Notes: generated by a model not told the origin, from the sequence alone. DNA of 20,000 bases from an uncultured virus (IMG/VR IMGVR_UViG_3300035145_001531) (IMGVR_UViG_3300035145_001531), one strand, 5' to 3'. Positions 8,082 through 16,728 are shown, numbered from the stretch's first letter. Made by a program: numbers and translations.

Positions 8082-10940
8082 ATGGCATTAAGTCCTCAAT
8101 TACTACAGTTCAAAAGCTCAGGCGTATATCGTCTAGAGTTTGACAAGTCACAGACTGTTAACATTCCTGCGGAAACTATCAGACTAGTTGTAGGTAGATC
8201 TAATAAAGGTCCTTACAATACTCCAGTTCTAGTAGAAGATGTAGAGCAATTCAAGCAAGTTTTCGGTGGTGTAGACAAGTCATTAGAAAGAAAAAACATG
8301 TTCTTCCACAGATCAGCGATCGAAGCTCTGTCTAGAGGTCCTATCTTAGCGTTAAACCTAACTACTGCAGATCCAGATGATAAGGTGAGTGTATTCTCTC
8401 CTGCAACTAACTCTTCACAGGAAGGTTTAAGCGGTAACAGTACTCAGGCATCAGAAGATTCTGCTAATAGCTTTAGCGAAGTATTTGATACTGATAAATT
8501 CTGGGTACCTTCAGATGAGAAGCTACTAGCTGCTACTGCAGAAGATACAAACCACGCAATTTCTTTTGTTAATATCAAACAAGACCCAATCACAGTTATT
8601 ATTAGACAAGCTGCTGATGTTAGAGGTTTTGAATTAACAGCAAGAGAATGGTACGGTGAATCAAACATTCCAGAAGGTATTGATGCGGATGAATACGTAT
8701 CAGACTATATGGTTGATGTATTTGTATTCAAAGGTAAATTTGACGCAGAAGAGTTAAATAACGATCCTAACTACGGTGAGTATTTTGATGCTGACGGTCT
8801 ACTTAAAGCTCAATTTGCTAAATTCGCTGGTTTAAGAGAAGTAACTTTATTAGCACAATACAATGGTGTATCTTTAATCCCTGAATTTATTGATGCAGAA
8901 GGTAATCAAATGTACATCGAGACTCTAATTAATCTAGAGGCTAGAAGAACAGGTTTATTCTGTGCGGTACAGGAAGATGCACTTCCACAAATTGACTTAA
9001 TTGGTAATAACTTTGACATCTACCAAGATTACGAAGTTTTATCTCATAAAGTAAATCAAGAAAGAGCTCCTCAAACAGCTAACCTAACTGCTTATGCAGG
9101 TGTATGTCACGTTGACGGTGCTATTTTAACTATTAACGGCGGCGGTAACTTAACAGCTGCTAATATCGCATTAGACGGTATCGCAGAAGGTAAATGGTTA
9201 GAAGCAGCTATTGGTGGTGAATATGTTAAAATCGACGACGTTAGCGATATTAACGGAGGCGGTGTAATTATCACAGCTACTGGTAATATTTCTAAAGGTT
9301 ATGAAAAATTCACAGCAGCAAATCCTGCAACATGGCAAACTCCTACTACTATTACTGTTGATGCTAACGGTAACTTAGTCTTAGCAGATGCTCCATTTAA
9401 CTACGGTAACTTACAAGGTGCTGCTGGTTACTACCTACTATCTGAAAATGATGGTGAGTATGTAGAAATCCACTCGGTAACTTTAGATAACGTTACTGGT
9501 GCAGTAACTATTTCTCCAGCAGGCTCTCTTGGATTTAGCGCAGATTATGCTGGTGCTAACCAAATCCAACTAGCAGTTTCTGAGAAAACTATCAATACTG
9601 CATTTACAGCATGGACTCTAAGCCCTAACGCTAGAGCAGAGATGATTCCTACTTTAGGCGCAGGCTGGGACTTTACTCCAAACGGTGCTGGTAGATTTAC
9701 ATTCTCAGGAGATTCTACAGCTTCTGCATGGAACGCTAATATCAAAGTAGGTATGTACGTACCAGGTGATGGCGGTAAATTAGCTAGAATCAAGAAAATC
9801 GTTAAAGAAGTAAACGGAGACGTAACTTACTACAAATTTGAAACACACAGAGTAGTTACTAATAGACCTCCATACGCTCTTAAGAGATATGAAGAAACTG
9901 CTGGTTTCTACAAGACGTTCCCTCTAGAAGGTGCAACTCAAACTGAGAAACTAATTGGAGGTTCAGACGGCTTACTATCAGCTATTAAGCCAGGTACTGG
10001 TTTAGGTAACGCTTTAGTTGATAAAGACAATATTACATTCAGATATGTTGTTGATACATTTGGATCTTTAGAAAACGGAGGTCTTTTAAATAAAGAAGAA
10101 CTTTCTCTACTATGTAAAGAAAGACAGAATGCTTCTGCAATTCTTAACGCACCGATGGTGAAAGAATTCAAGGCTTCTACTAACCCTTCATTCCTAGATT
10201 CAAATACTGGTGCATTTAACGTGAACCACGTAGCAACTGGAGGTAACTTAGAAACTAACCCAACAGCTCTTTACACATTACCATCGATCAACGAGGGTGC
10301 TAACTACGCATTCTACTACGGTCCTGGTCTTAATGTAATCGAGAACGGTAGAACTAAAGTTATTCCACCAGCAGCTTACATCTCAAACAACTATATCGAT
10401 AAATATACAGATGCATTACCTTGGTCAATCATCGCAGGCCCAAGAAGAGGTGTTGTAGGTGGTACAGGTGTACAATCTCTAGAATTTGCATTCGATAAAT
10501 TCGACAGAGACGTACTTGAGCCATTCGGTTACAACCCAATCGTATTCGAAAGAGGCGTTGGTTTAACAATCAAAGGTAATAAAACTGCACAGCAAGGTAT
10601 TCAGTCTGCTCTATCTTCAGCACACGTAAGAGAAGCTCTTATCTACATTGAAGATGGTTTAGCTGAAATCCTTAAGAACTACTTGTTCGAGTTTAACAAT
10701 GCTCAAACTAGATTAGAAATCAAAACTCTAGCTGATAACTTTATGGAGTCAGTGAAGAAAGATGGTGGTGTATACGACTACAAGAACATCATGGACACTT
10801 CTAACAACACAACTGAGGTGATCGACAACAACATGGGTATTCTTGACACATTCGTTGAGCCAGTTAAAGGTCTTGAGATTCTAGTATCGAGAGTAACTGT
10901 TCTAAATACAGGTGAAATCGCAACAGGTAACTTTGCATAA
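8082..10940 (+). CDS. gp18: Contractile tail sheath protein (gp18-like) with large central insertion
   Basis: N-terminal SSGVYRLEFDKS and GPYNTPVLV; C-terminal PWSIIAGPRRGVV, YNPIVF, GNKT, HVRE, YLFEFNNAQTR, VEPVKGLE sheath motifs. Confidence 0.93.
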   Translation: MALSPQLLQFKSSGVYRLEFDKSQTVNIPAETIRLVVGRSNKGPYNTPVLVEDVEQFKQVFGGVDKSLERKNMFFHRSAIEALSRGPILALNLTTADPDDKVSVFSPATNSSQEGLSGNSTQASEDSANSFSEVFDTDKFWVPSDEKLLAATAEDTNHAISFVNIKQDPITVIIRQAADVRGFELTAREWYGESNIPEGIDADEYVSDYMVDVFVFKGKFDAEELNNDPNYGEYFDADGLLKAQFAKFAGLREVTLLAQYNGVSLIPEFIDAEGNQMYIETLINLEARRTGLFCAVQEDALPQIDLIGNNFDIYQDYEVLSHKVNQERAPQTANLTAYAGVCHVDGAILTINGGGNLTAANIALDGIAEGKWLEAAIGGEYVKIDDVSDINGGGVIITATGNISKGYEKFTAANPATWQTPTTITVDANGNLVLADAPFNYGNLQGAAGYYLLSENDGEYVEIHSVTLDNVTGAVTISPAGSLGFSADYAGANQIQLAVSEKTINTAFTAWTLSPNARAEMIPTLGAGWDFTPNGAGRFTFSGDSTASAWNANIKVGMYVPGDGGKLARIKKIVKEVNGDVTYYKFETHRVVTNRPPYALKRYEETAGFYKTFPLEGATQTEKLIGGSDGLLSAIKPGTGLGNALVDKDNITFRYVVDTFGSLENGGLLNKEELSLLCKERQNASAILNAPMVKEFKASTNPSFLDSNTGAFNVNHVATGGNLETNPTALYTLPSINEGANYAFYYGPGLNVIENGRTKVIPPAAYISNNYIDKYTDALPWSIIAGPRRGVVGGTGVQSLEFAFDKFDRDVLEPFGYNPIVFERGVGLTIKGNKTAQQGIQSALSSAHVREALIYIEDGLAEILKNYLFEFNNAQTRLEIKTLADNFMESVKKDGGVYDYKNIMDTSNNTTEVIDNNMGILDTFVEPVKGLEILVSRVTVLNTGEIATGNFA

Positions 10941-10949
10941 GAAACGAAA

Positions 10950-10961
10950 GATATATAAATA
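10950..10961 (+). promoter_or_regulatory. Late-type promoter motif GATATATAAATA (contains exact T4 late TATAAATA)
   Basis: Intergenic between sheath and tube; TATAAATA at 10954-10961. Confidence 0.75.
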
Positions 10962-10978
10962 AAATAGAAAATTAAGAT

Positions 10979-11536
10979 ATGGCTTTACCACATTATTCAG
11001 AGGACCAAACTAGCAAGAAAGGTAGAAACTTTGAGCCAGTACAGGCTAACCTGTTCGAGGTAACAATTTTACCTCCTGCTGGTGTTGCTGGACAAGAGTT
11101 CCTTTTACAGCACGTTAATTCAATCTCTGGTTTAGATGCTCTAGCTCCTGCGGTTGACGCAATCGGTCAAAAGTATAAGTTTGCAGAAAGAAATTATGCA
11201 GGCATGCCAGGTGCGACTTCAGTTGATATTACAGTTAACTTCTCTCTAAACCTGAACGATTCAAACCAAGCGTACCTATATAAAACATTAAGACAATGGT
11301 ACAGAGCTCAGTACAATCCTGAGACTGGTGAAATGGGTCTTAAGAAAAATTATGTTGGTACAATCGTAGTTGTTCAATTCAACAGAGAAGGTGACATCTA
11401 CAGAAAGGTTACACTAGATGATTGTTTCATTACTTCAGGTGTAAACTTAGTAGCAGAACTAAACTATGAGACTGCTGATGCTCAAGCATTAGAAGTAACA
11501 TGGAAGTGTGATACTTACTCAGAAGAATTGAATTAA
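10979..11536 (+). CDS. gp19: Tail tube protein (gp19-like)
   Basis: 185 aa directly after the sheath. NLFEV, RQW, CFITS...LNYE...LEVTW pattern is typical of myophage tubes. Confidence 0.85.
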   Translation: MALPHYSEDQTSKKGRNFEPVQANLFEVTILPPAGVAGQEFLLQHVNSISGLDALAPAVDAIGQKYKFAERNYAGMPGATSVDITVNFSLNLNDSNQAYLYKTLRQWYRAQYNPETGEMGLKKNYVGTIVVVQFNREGDIYRKVTLDDCFITSGVNLVAELNYETADAQALEVTWKCDTYSEELN

Positions 11537-11557
11537 TTTAATACAATTTAAAGAAAG

Positions 11558-11588
11558 AAGAAGGTGTTTAAAAGCGCCTTCTTTTTTT
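11558..11588 (+). terminator. Rho-independent terminator
   Basis: AGAAGGTGTT-TAAA-AGCGCCTTCT stem-loop (two G:U pairs) followed by a T7 run, downstream of the tube gene. Confidence 0.85.
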
Positions 11589-11630
11589 AGGCGCAGAAAA
11601 CATAATATAATATTCTAATAATCTTAGATT

Positions 11631-11849
11631 ATGAGTGATAAATTAACAAAAAAACTCCAAGTTCTACTGACCGAAGAAGAAGTTCGGGAAGTTAACAGGG
11701 TCATTTTAAATGATGCACTGGATAGAGAAGTAAGACCTATCTCAGTCAGCGCCTTTATTAGACAGTTAATACAGGAAGAACTTTCAAGAAGAGACGTAGA
11801 GCAAAGATCCTACATTAAACAAAATCTTAAAAACCTAAAAGAAAAATAA
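11631..11849 (+). CDS. Ribbon-helix-helix-like DNA-binding protein (72 aa)
   Basis: KKLQVLLTEEE (strand then helix) ... SVSAFIRQLIQEEL (second helix) matches the RHH/CopG pattern. Confidence 0.6.
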   Translation: MSDKLTKKLQVLLTEEEVREVNRVILNDALDREVRPISVSAFIRQLIQEELSRRDVEQRSYIKQNLKNLKEK

Positions 11850-11850
11850 T

Positions 11851-12855
11851 ATGAGCGAAGACAACAAAAATTTGACTCCTGAAGAGGAAAGAATGGCCAA
11901 GGCTTTAGAAGCTAAAGACCAGATCAACGAGCGTCAAGTAGAATCTACCAATGAAGACGCTAAAGGTATTGAAGCTGCTGTCGCAGCAGGGGGCCTAGGT
12001 AGAGTTAATATGGCTGATTTTGGACCAGATCGAGCACAATCATCTGATAGTGCATTGGGCTGGCATGTGTTAGACCAAACAACTTTACCATCAAAAGGTA
12101 AATTCTATCCTGCTGACAGTGTTATCAAGATTAGATCTGCTAAAGCAGCCGAAATTAGACACTTCTCAACGATGGATGAAAACAACTACATCGATATGGA
12201 AGACAAGCTAAATTCCATTGTAGAATCTTGTTCACAGATGACTTCTGGTAATAAGAGACTATCCTACAAAGATATTTTAGAAGAGGATAGAATTATCTTA
12301 TTATTAAGTATCAGAGATCTGACTTTCCCAGAGCCAGAGAATAAGCTGATGTTAAGAGGTAAAACTGAGAAGACTAAAAAGACTGTTGATATTGAATTAT
12401 CAATCAGAAACTTAGTACCTACAGTTATCGATGAAGAGATCGAGAAATACTACGATGATAAAGCTAGAACCTATGTTATTAAAACTCGTTCTGCTGGTGA
12501 GGTTAGAATGCACCCTCCAACAATTGGCGTGATGCAAGAAGTTACTTCATACCTAAAAGACAGACAAGAGAAAGATGTAGAGTTCGATAAAGCTTTCATT
12601 CAAGTACTACCTTATGTACAATCTGACTGGAGAACATTAGGTCTTAGTAAGATCTTCCAATTAGAGATTGACTACAAGGCGTGGGATGAAAAGAAATTTA
12701 TGGTGATTTATCGATTAGCAGAAAGAATGCGAATCGGTGTAACAGCAAACCTGGAAAAAGAAGTAGATGGAGAAATTGCGTCTGCCCCTCTTGAGTTCCC
12801 AGGTGGCATCAAAAGTCTTTTCATTATTTCAGATCTCGCTGGAGAACTACTTTAA
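11851..12855 (+). CDS. Tail assembly chaperone / baseplate-hub-like protein (T4 gp26/gp51-like N-terminal part)
   Basis: LPSKGKFYP...IKIR motif and EDRIILLLSIR. Located between the tube and tape measure genes. Confidence 0.65.
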   Translation: MSEDNKNLTPEEERMAKALEAKDQINERQVESTNEDAKGIEAAVAAGGLGRVNMADFGPDRAQSSDSALGWHVLDQTTLPSKGKFYPADSVIKIRSAKAAEIRHFSTMDENNYIDMEDKLNSIVESCSQMTSGNKRLSYKDILEEDRIILLLSIRDLTFPEPENKLMLRGKTEKTKKTVDIELSIRNLVPTVIDEEIEKYYDDKARTYVIKTRSAGEVRMHPPTIGVMQEVTSYLKDRQEKDVEFDKAFIQVLPYVQSDWRTLGLSKIFQLEIDYKAWDEKKFMVIYRLAERMRIGVTANLEKEVDGEIASAPLEFPGGIKSLFIISDLAGELL

Positions 12856-13102
12856 GACTAAGTTCTACCTGGGTGTCCATCTTAGGATGCAGCCTAGCGA
12901 GATTGAAAACATGTACTACTATGAATATTGGTATTACGTGAAGAATCTGGCGGACTACATCAAGAATAAGAATAAAGCAAACGAGGACCAACAAGAACAG
13001 GCGAATAAACAGCAGAGTGATATGTCCTCTAAGTATAAAGCGCCAAAGATGCCTAAGGTCCCTACATTTAAGCAACCCTCGATGAAGATGCCTAAATTGT
13101 AG
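12767..13102 (+). CDS. Downstream tail-chaperone ORF (gp51-like); probably the C-terminal part of a frameshift fusion, true start uncertain
   Basis: ISLENYFKTKFYLGVHLRMQPSEIENMYYYEY resembles the SLENYYKTNF...ELENM motif of T4-like gp51 annotations. It overlaps the upstream ORF in the +1 frame. Confidence 0.65.
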   Translation: MEKLRLPLLSSQVASKVFSLFQISLENYFKTKFYLGVHLRMQPSEIENMYYYEYWYYVKNLADYIKNKNKANEDQQEQANKQQSDMSSKYKAPKMPKVPTFKQPSMKMPKL

Positions 13103-13103
13103 A

Positions 13104-13115
13104 GATATATAAATA
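13104..13115 (+). promoter_or_regulatory. Late-type promoter motif GATATATAAATA (contains TATAAATA)
   Basis: Immediately after the TAG at 13100-13102 and upstream of the tape measure gene. Confidence 0.72.
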
Positions 13116-13121
13116 GAGTAT

Positions 13122-13156
13122 AGGGGTATGTTTCCCGGAGCATACCCCTTACTTTT
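13122..13156 (+). terminator. Strong stem-loop: terminator/attenuator or 5' leader hairpin
   Basis: Perfect 9-bp inverted repeat AGGGGTATG (13122-13130) / CATACCCCT (13141-13149), extendable by G:U pairs, followed by an imperfect TACTTTT tail. Confidence 0.55.
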
Positions 13157-13177
13157 AAAAATAAGGAGCTGACCTAA

Positions 13178-16100
13178 GTGAATTTAAAGTTTATTCAGAA
13201 TGCCTTTGATCGTCTCGGTCAAGATGGTGAACTTTTACAACAAATTAGTGCCAATACCCAAGTTACGGCTGAAGCTGTAGTTAAGGGTGGTGAACTGTTT
13301 GATCGTATCGATCGAATGGTGCTCGCTTTAGAGAAAATCGAGAAAAATACTAAATCAGGTAAAGGCGGTATTCAAGAGGCTATTGTTTTAAAGCTTGTAG
13401 CTCCAACACTTAAGCCAATCGGTTTAGGTATGCAATTTATTGTTGATGCATTAAATTCTCTGCCGGATGCAAAAGAGGCTGGCGAGAAAATGGATGCGTT
13501 AACAAAAGGCCTAGTTGTACTGGGCGAGGTGGGTAAATCTATTCTACAGTTTGCCGCCTATATGATTGTTGCAACCCCACTTCTGGTTGTAACAGCACTA
13601 CTGGCACCAATCTGGGTGGCTGGTATTTGGGTTATTACTAAAGGACTTATGTGGGCCACAGATGGCCTAGATAAGAAGCGATTAAAATCTATTGCATTAT
13701 TAGGTGATGTAGGTAAATCTCTATTCCAATTAGCAGGCTATTTATCTCTAGTAGCATTATTGACTATTCCAGCAATGATCGGTGTACTAGGAGCTGCGTT
13801 AATTGTAATGGGTATTGCTGGTATCTTTAAGATATTAGAGACGATTGGTCTAAAGCCTAAGAAAATTGATAAGATGGGTGACGCCCTGAAATCATTGGCA
13901 CTAGGACTTCTAGGTCTATCATTAACCTTAGCACTTATTAGCCTTATTGTAAAACCAGTTTTGATTGGACTTGCAGTTTCTGCTGCGGTAATTTTAGGTG
14001 TTGGTCTAGTATTCTACCTATTAGATATTCTAAAGGTAAATAAAAAGATGAAGAAGACCTCGCTGGCTCTGATGTTTGCCGGCTTGGCAATTGTAGTATT
14101 AGCTGCATCTGTGATGTTGGCAGCCGCTATGTTACCAGGTTTTGAGAGTATTTTAACTGTACTTGGTGTCGTCGCTGGTATTGCGTTAGTATTCTATGTA
14201 GCCGGAATGGGCTTTAGTCAGATCTTGAAAGGATCGCTGGCAATGCTTGTTGCTGGTGTTGCACTAATTGTTCTTGGCTTTGGTGTTAAAATTATGACAG
14301 CTGCAGTACCAGATCTGATGACTGGTCTGGGCATGATTGCCCTAATTGCAGGTTTGGGTGTAGTATTTGCACTGATTGGAGCCTATGAAGCGGGTATGAT
14401 GACAGGTATACCTCTAACTATTACATTAGGTTCTATTGCAATGATGTTAGTCGGTGTATCATTATTAGTATTAAGCCTAGGTGTGAAACAAATCGCAGAG
14501 GCTGTAGCACCACTCTCATTAGAGAAAGTGGGTATGATTGCACTCGTTATAGGCGGTATTGGTGCTGGATTTGCTGCTGCTGGTTTTGTAGCACCTCTTA
14601 TGATGTTAGGTGCTGGAGCATTTTTACTTGCTGGTGGCGCACTAATAGCAGTCGGAAAGGGACTTGAAATAATTGCAAAATTAGACTTCAATAAAATGGG
14701 GTCTATTGATAAAAAGGGTGGTGGTGCGTTTAACTGGTCTGGTGAAACAACCGCAGGCTTCTTAGGGATGTTTAAGAGAAAGAAAACTAACCTAGAAGTT
14801 GCAATGGAAGCCGTTGCAGACTCAGTATCACTAGGACCTCTGTCTATCATAGGAGTTATGGCAGGTGCGCCAACGTTACTATTAGCAGGTGCAGCCTTAA
14901 CAGCAATCTCTAAAGGTCTATTGAAATTTGACGAGATTAGCGGTAAGATGGACCTGAAAGCATTAGGTGTTAATGTTGCCTTCATGACAAGCGTACTTGC
15001 TGATGCATTTGGCGAAATAGGTACAAAATATCCAGGTGGTAAAAAATCTCTATTTTCGTCTATCTTCGGCGGTGGAAAACAGTCAGCTGTGGCAGATGGT
15101 ATTTCGTCTACGATGGGTATGGGAGGCGCCTTAAGTTCAATTGCTCGTGGTATGCAGGCAATGGCGAATCTTAAGTTCCCTACAAAATACGATAAAGAGG
15201 GTAACCCAATTGAGTTTGAAACAATGGACTCTGATGCTCCTATTAGAGTTTCTGTTAATGCGGCAATGATTACGGGCGTCTTAGCAGATGTCTTTGGTAG
15301 AATAGGTACAAAATACCCAGGCGGTAAGAAATCTCTAATGGCATCTATCTTTGGTGGTGGAAAACAATCACCTGTTGCAGATGGTATCTCTGCTGTAATG
15401 GGCATGGGTGATGCCTTGACAGGTATCGCAAAAGGTTTCCAAGCAATGGCTAATCTTAACTTCCCAGTTGAGTGGGATAAAGAGGGTAAGCCTATTAAAT
15501 TCGAAACAATCGATATTGCAACCAACCTACCTAAGGTAATGGCGAATACACAGATGATTGTACAAGGTCTATCTGGTGTCTTTGCTGAAATAGGTAAAAA
15601 TCCAGATGCACAAAGATCTTGGTTCTTTGGTAGATCGACAGTCCAAAAAGGTATTGACCTAGTTGCAAGTATCGGTACACCTCTATATAATTTAGCAAGT
15701 GGGGTACAAGCAATGGCGAACTTAAAGTTCCCTACTGGATTTGACAAAGACGGTAAAGCGACAGGTTATGAGACTATAACATCTCCAGATCAATTAGTGG
15801 CTAAGGTGGGTAAAAATACTCAGTTGCTAGTTCAGGCCTTAGTAGAAACATTTACTATAATTGGACAAGATGAAGGTGCAAATGACGGTGGATTCTGGTG
15901 GTGGCAAGCGTCTTCATTTGAAAAGGGTGTTGAGGTAGTTAAATCAATTGCAGAGCCGTACAAGAATCTTGGTGAAGGTATTACAAAAATTGTTGAGATT
16001 GTTGGTAAACTGGATTCAAAGGCTTTTGCCGGTAAAGTACAAGATATTATTTCAGTCTTTACGTCCGATGCTGCTACAGGTACAGATATTGATCTAATAA

Positions 16101-16723
16101 ATAATAGAAGATGGTTAACTGAATCTATTGGTGAAACCTTCGAGAAATTAGGTAAAGCTGTGCCAAGTATTTCTACTGCACTTTCTAGTTTTAAAGGCGA
16201 AGCAGGCTATGCGTTCTACCGAACATTCTTTGGACCTACTGATGAAGGGGCTAGAGCGGAAGGATATAATGCACAGAAGTGGTTATGGATGCGCATGGGC
16301 GAGGCTATGCTGCAGACTAAAGAATCTATGCCGGCTATCTCTCAAGCCATTAACGCCATGGATATGGAGAAACTGGTTGAGTCTAGAAAAATGTTTGAGG
16401 CTCTAGCAGTTCTAAGTGAAGGCGGTGAACCGGCAGATATTTTAGCAGCGATGGGTGAGTCCCTAGAAGAGGCTTTACAAAAACTGGCTAACATGCTATC
16501 AGAATTTAAAGATACTGTCGCAGAAGGTAACGCTAGTACTGGCGGCGCACTTGAGGGTGTGAAGAACGCTGTCGGTGGTGTAGTATCTGCAGTTACGGGT
16601 GGTAAAAGTTCTACACCTTCGGGTAATAATGCAGATGTCGTTCGTGCAGTTCAAAATCTACAAAAAGTATTAATAACACAGGGTATCAAAGTCAAAGATG
16701 ACGGCGGTGGCTGGTTCGGCTAA
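13178..16723 (+). CDS. Tape measure protein-like (1181 aa)
   Basis: Follows tube and chaperone genes; Ala/Gly/Leu-rich, with many long hydrophobic segments and internal repeats. GTG start preceded by AAGGAG. Confidence 0.75.
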   Translation: MNLKFIQNAFDRLGQDGELLQQISANTQVTAEAVVKGGELFDRIDRMVLALEKIEKNTKSGKGGIQEAIVLKLVAPTLKPIGLGMQFIVDALNSLPDAKEAGEKMDALTKGLVVLGEVGKSILQFAAYMIVATPLLVVTALLAPIWVAGIWVITKGLMWATDGLDKKRLKSIALLGDVGKSLFQLAGYLSLVALLTIPAMIGVLGAALIVMGIAGIFKILETIGLKPKKIDKMGDALKSLALGLLGLSLTLALISLIVKPVLIGLAVSAAVILGVGLVFYLLDILKVNKKMKKTSLALMFAGLAIVVLAASVMLAAAMLPGFESILTVLGVVAGIALVFYVAGMGFSQILKGSLAMLVAGVALIVLGFGVKIMTAAVPDLMTGLGMIALIAGLGVVFALIGAYEAGMMTGIPLTITLGSIAMMLVGVSLLVLSLGVKQIAEAVAPLSLEKVGMIALVIGGIGAGFAAAGFVAPLMMLGAGAFLLAGGALIAVGKGLEIIAKLDFNKMGSIDKKGGGAFNWSGETTAGFLGMFKRKKTNLEVAMEAVADSVSLGPLSIIGVMAGAPTLLLAGAALTAISKGLLKFDEISGKMDLKALGVNVAFMTSVLADAFGEIGTKYPGGKKSLFSSIFGGGKQSAVADGISSTMGMGGALSSIARGMQAMANLKFPTKYDKEGNPIEFETMDSDAPIRVSVNAAMITGVLADVFGRIGTKYPGGKKSLMASIFGGGKQSPVADGISAVMGMGDALTGIAKGFQAMANLNFPVEWDKEGKPIKFETIDIATNLPKVMANTQMIVQGLSGVFAEIGKNPDAQRSWFFGRSTVQKGIDLVASIGTPLYNLASGVQAMANLKFPTGFDKDGKATGYETITSPDQLVAKVGKNTQLLVQALVETFTIIGQDEGANDGGFWWWQASSFEKGVEVVKSIAEPYKNLGEGITKIVEIVGKLDSKAFAGKVQDIISVFTSDAATGTDIDLINNRRWLTESIGETFEKLGKAVPSISTALSSFKGEAGYAFYRTFFGPTDEGARAEGYNAQKWLWMRMGEAMLQTKESMPAISQAINAMDMEKLVESRKMFEALAVLSEGGEPADILAAMGESLEEALQKLANMLSEFKDTVAEGNASTGGALEGVKNAVGGVVSAVTGGKSSTPSGNNADVVRAVQNLQKVLITQGIKVKDDGGGWFG
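15020..15780 (+). repeat. Internal coding tandem repeats (about three units; 285 and 267 nt spacing)
   Basis: GCAATGGC(G/T)AA (QAMANLxFP) recurs at 15158, 15443 and 15710. GGTACAAAATA(T/C)CCAGG (GTKYPGGKKSL) recurs at 15020 and 15305. Confidence 0.9.
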
Positions 16724-16728
16724 TTTAG

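Noticed and set aside
8023..10937. TAnnTTTGCA at 8023 and 10928, about 20 nt upstream of two late motifs
   Set aside because: Absent before the other three late motifs, no clear -33 element, one copy is coding, and the pattern is frequent by chance.
14383..15747. 454-aa minus-strand ORF
   Set aside because: Lies wholly antisense to the tape measure gene and mirrors its repeats; low-complexity Pro/Ile/Ala/Ser sequence expected as a shadow frame of Gly/Ala-rich codons.
3529..16723. Bacterial contractile injection system or tailocin instead of a phage
   Set aside because: Terminase, clamp loader, RNase H, neck protein and tRNA indicate a complete lytic phage genome.
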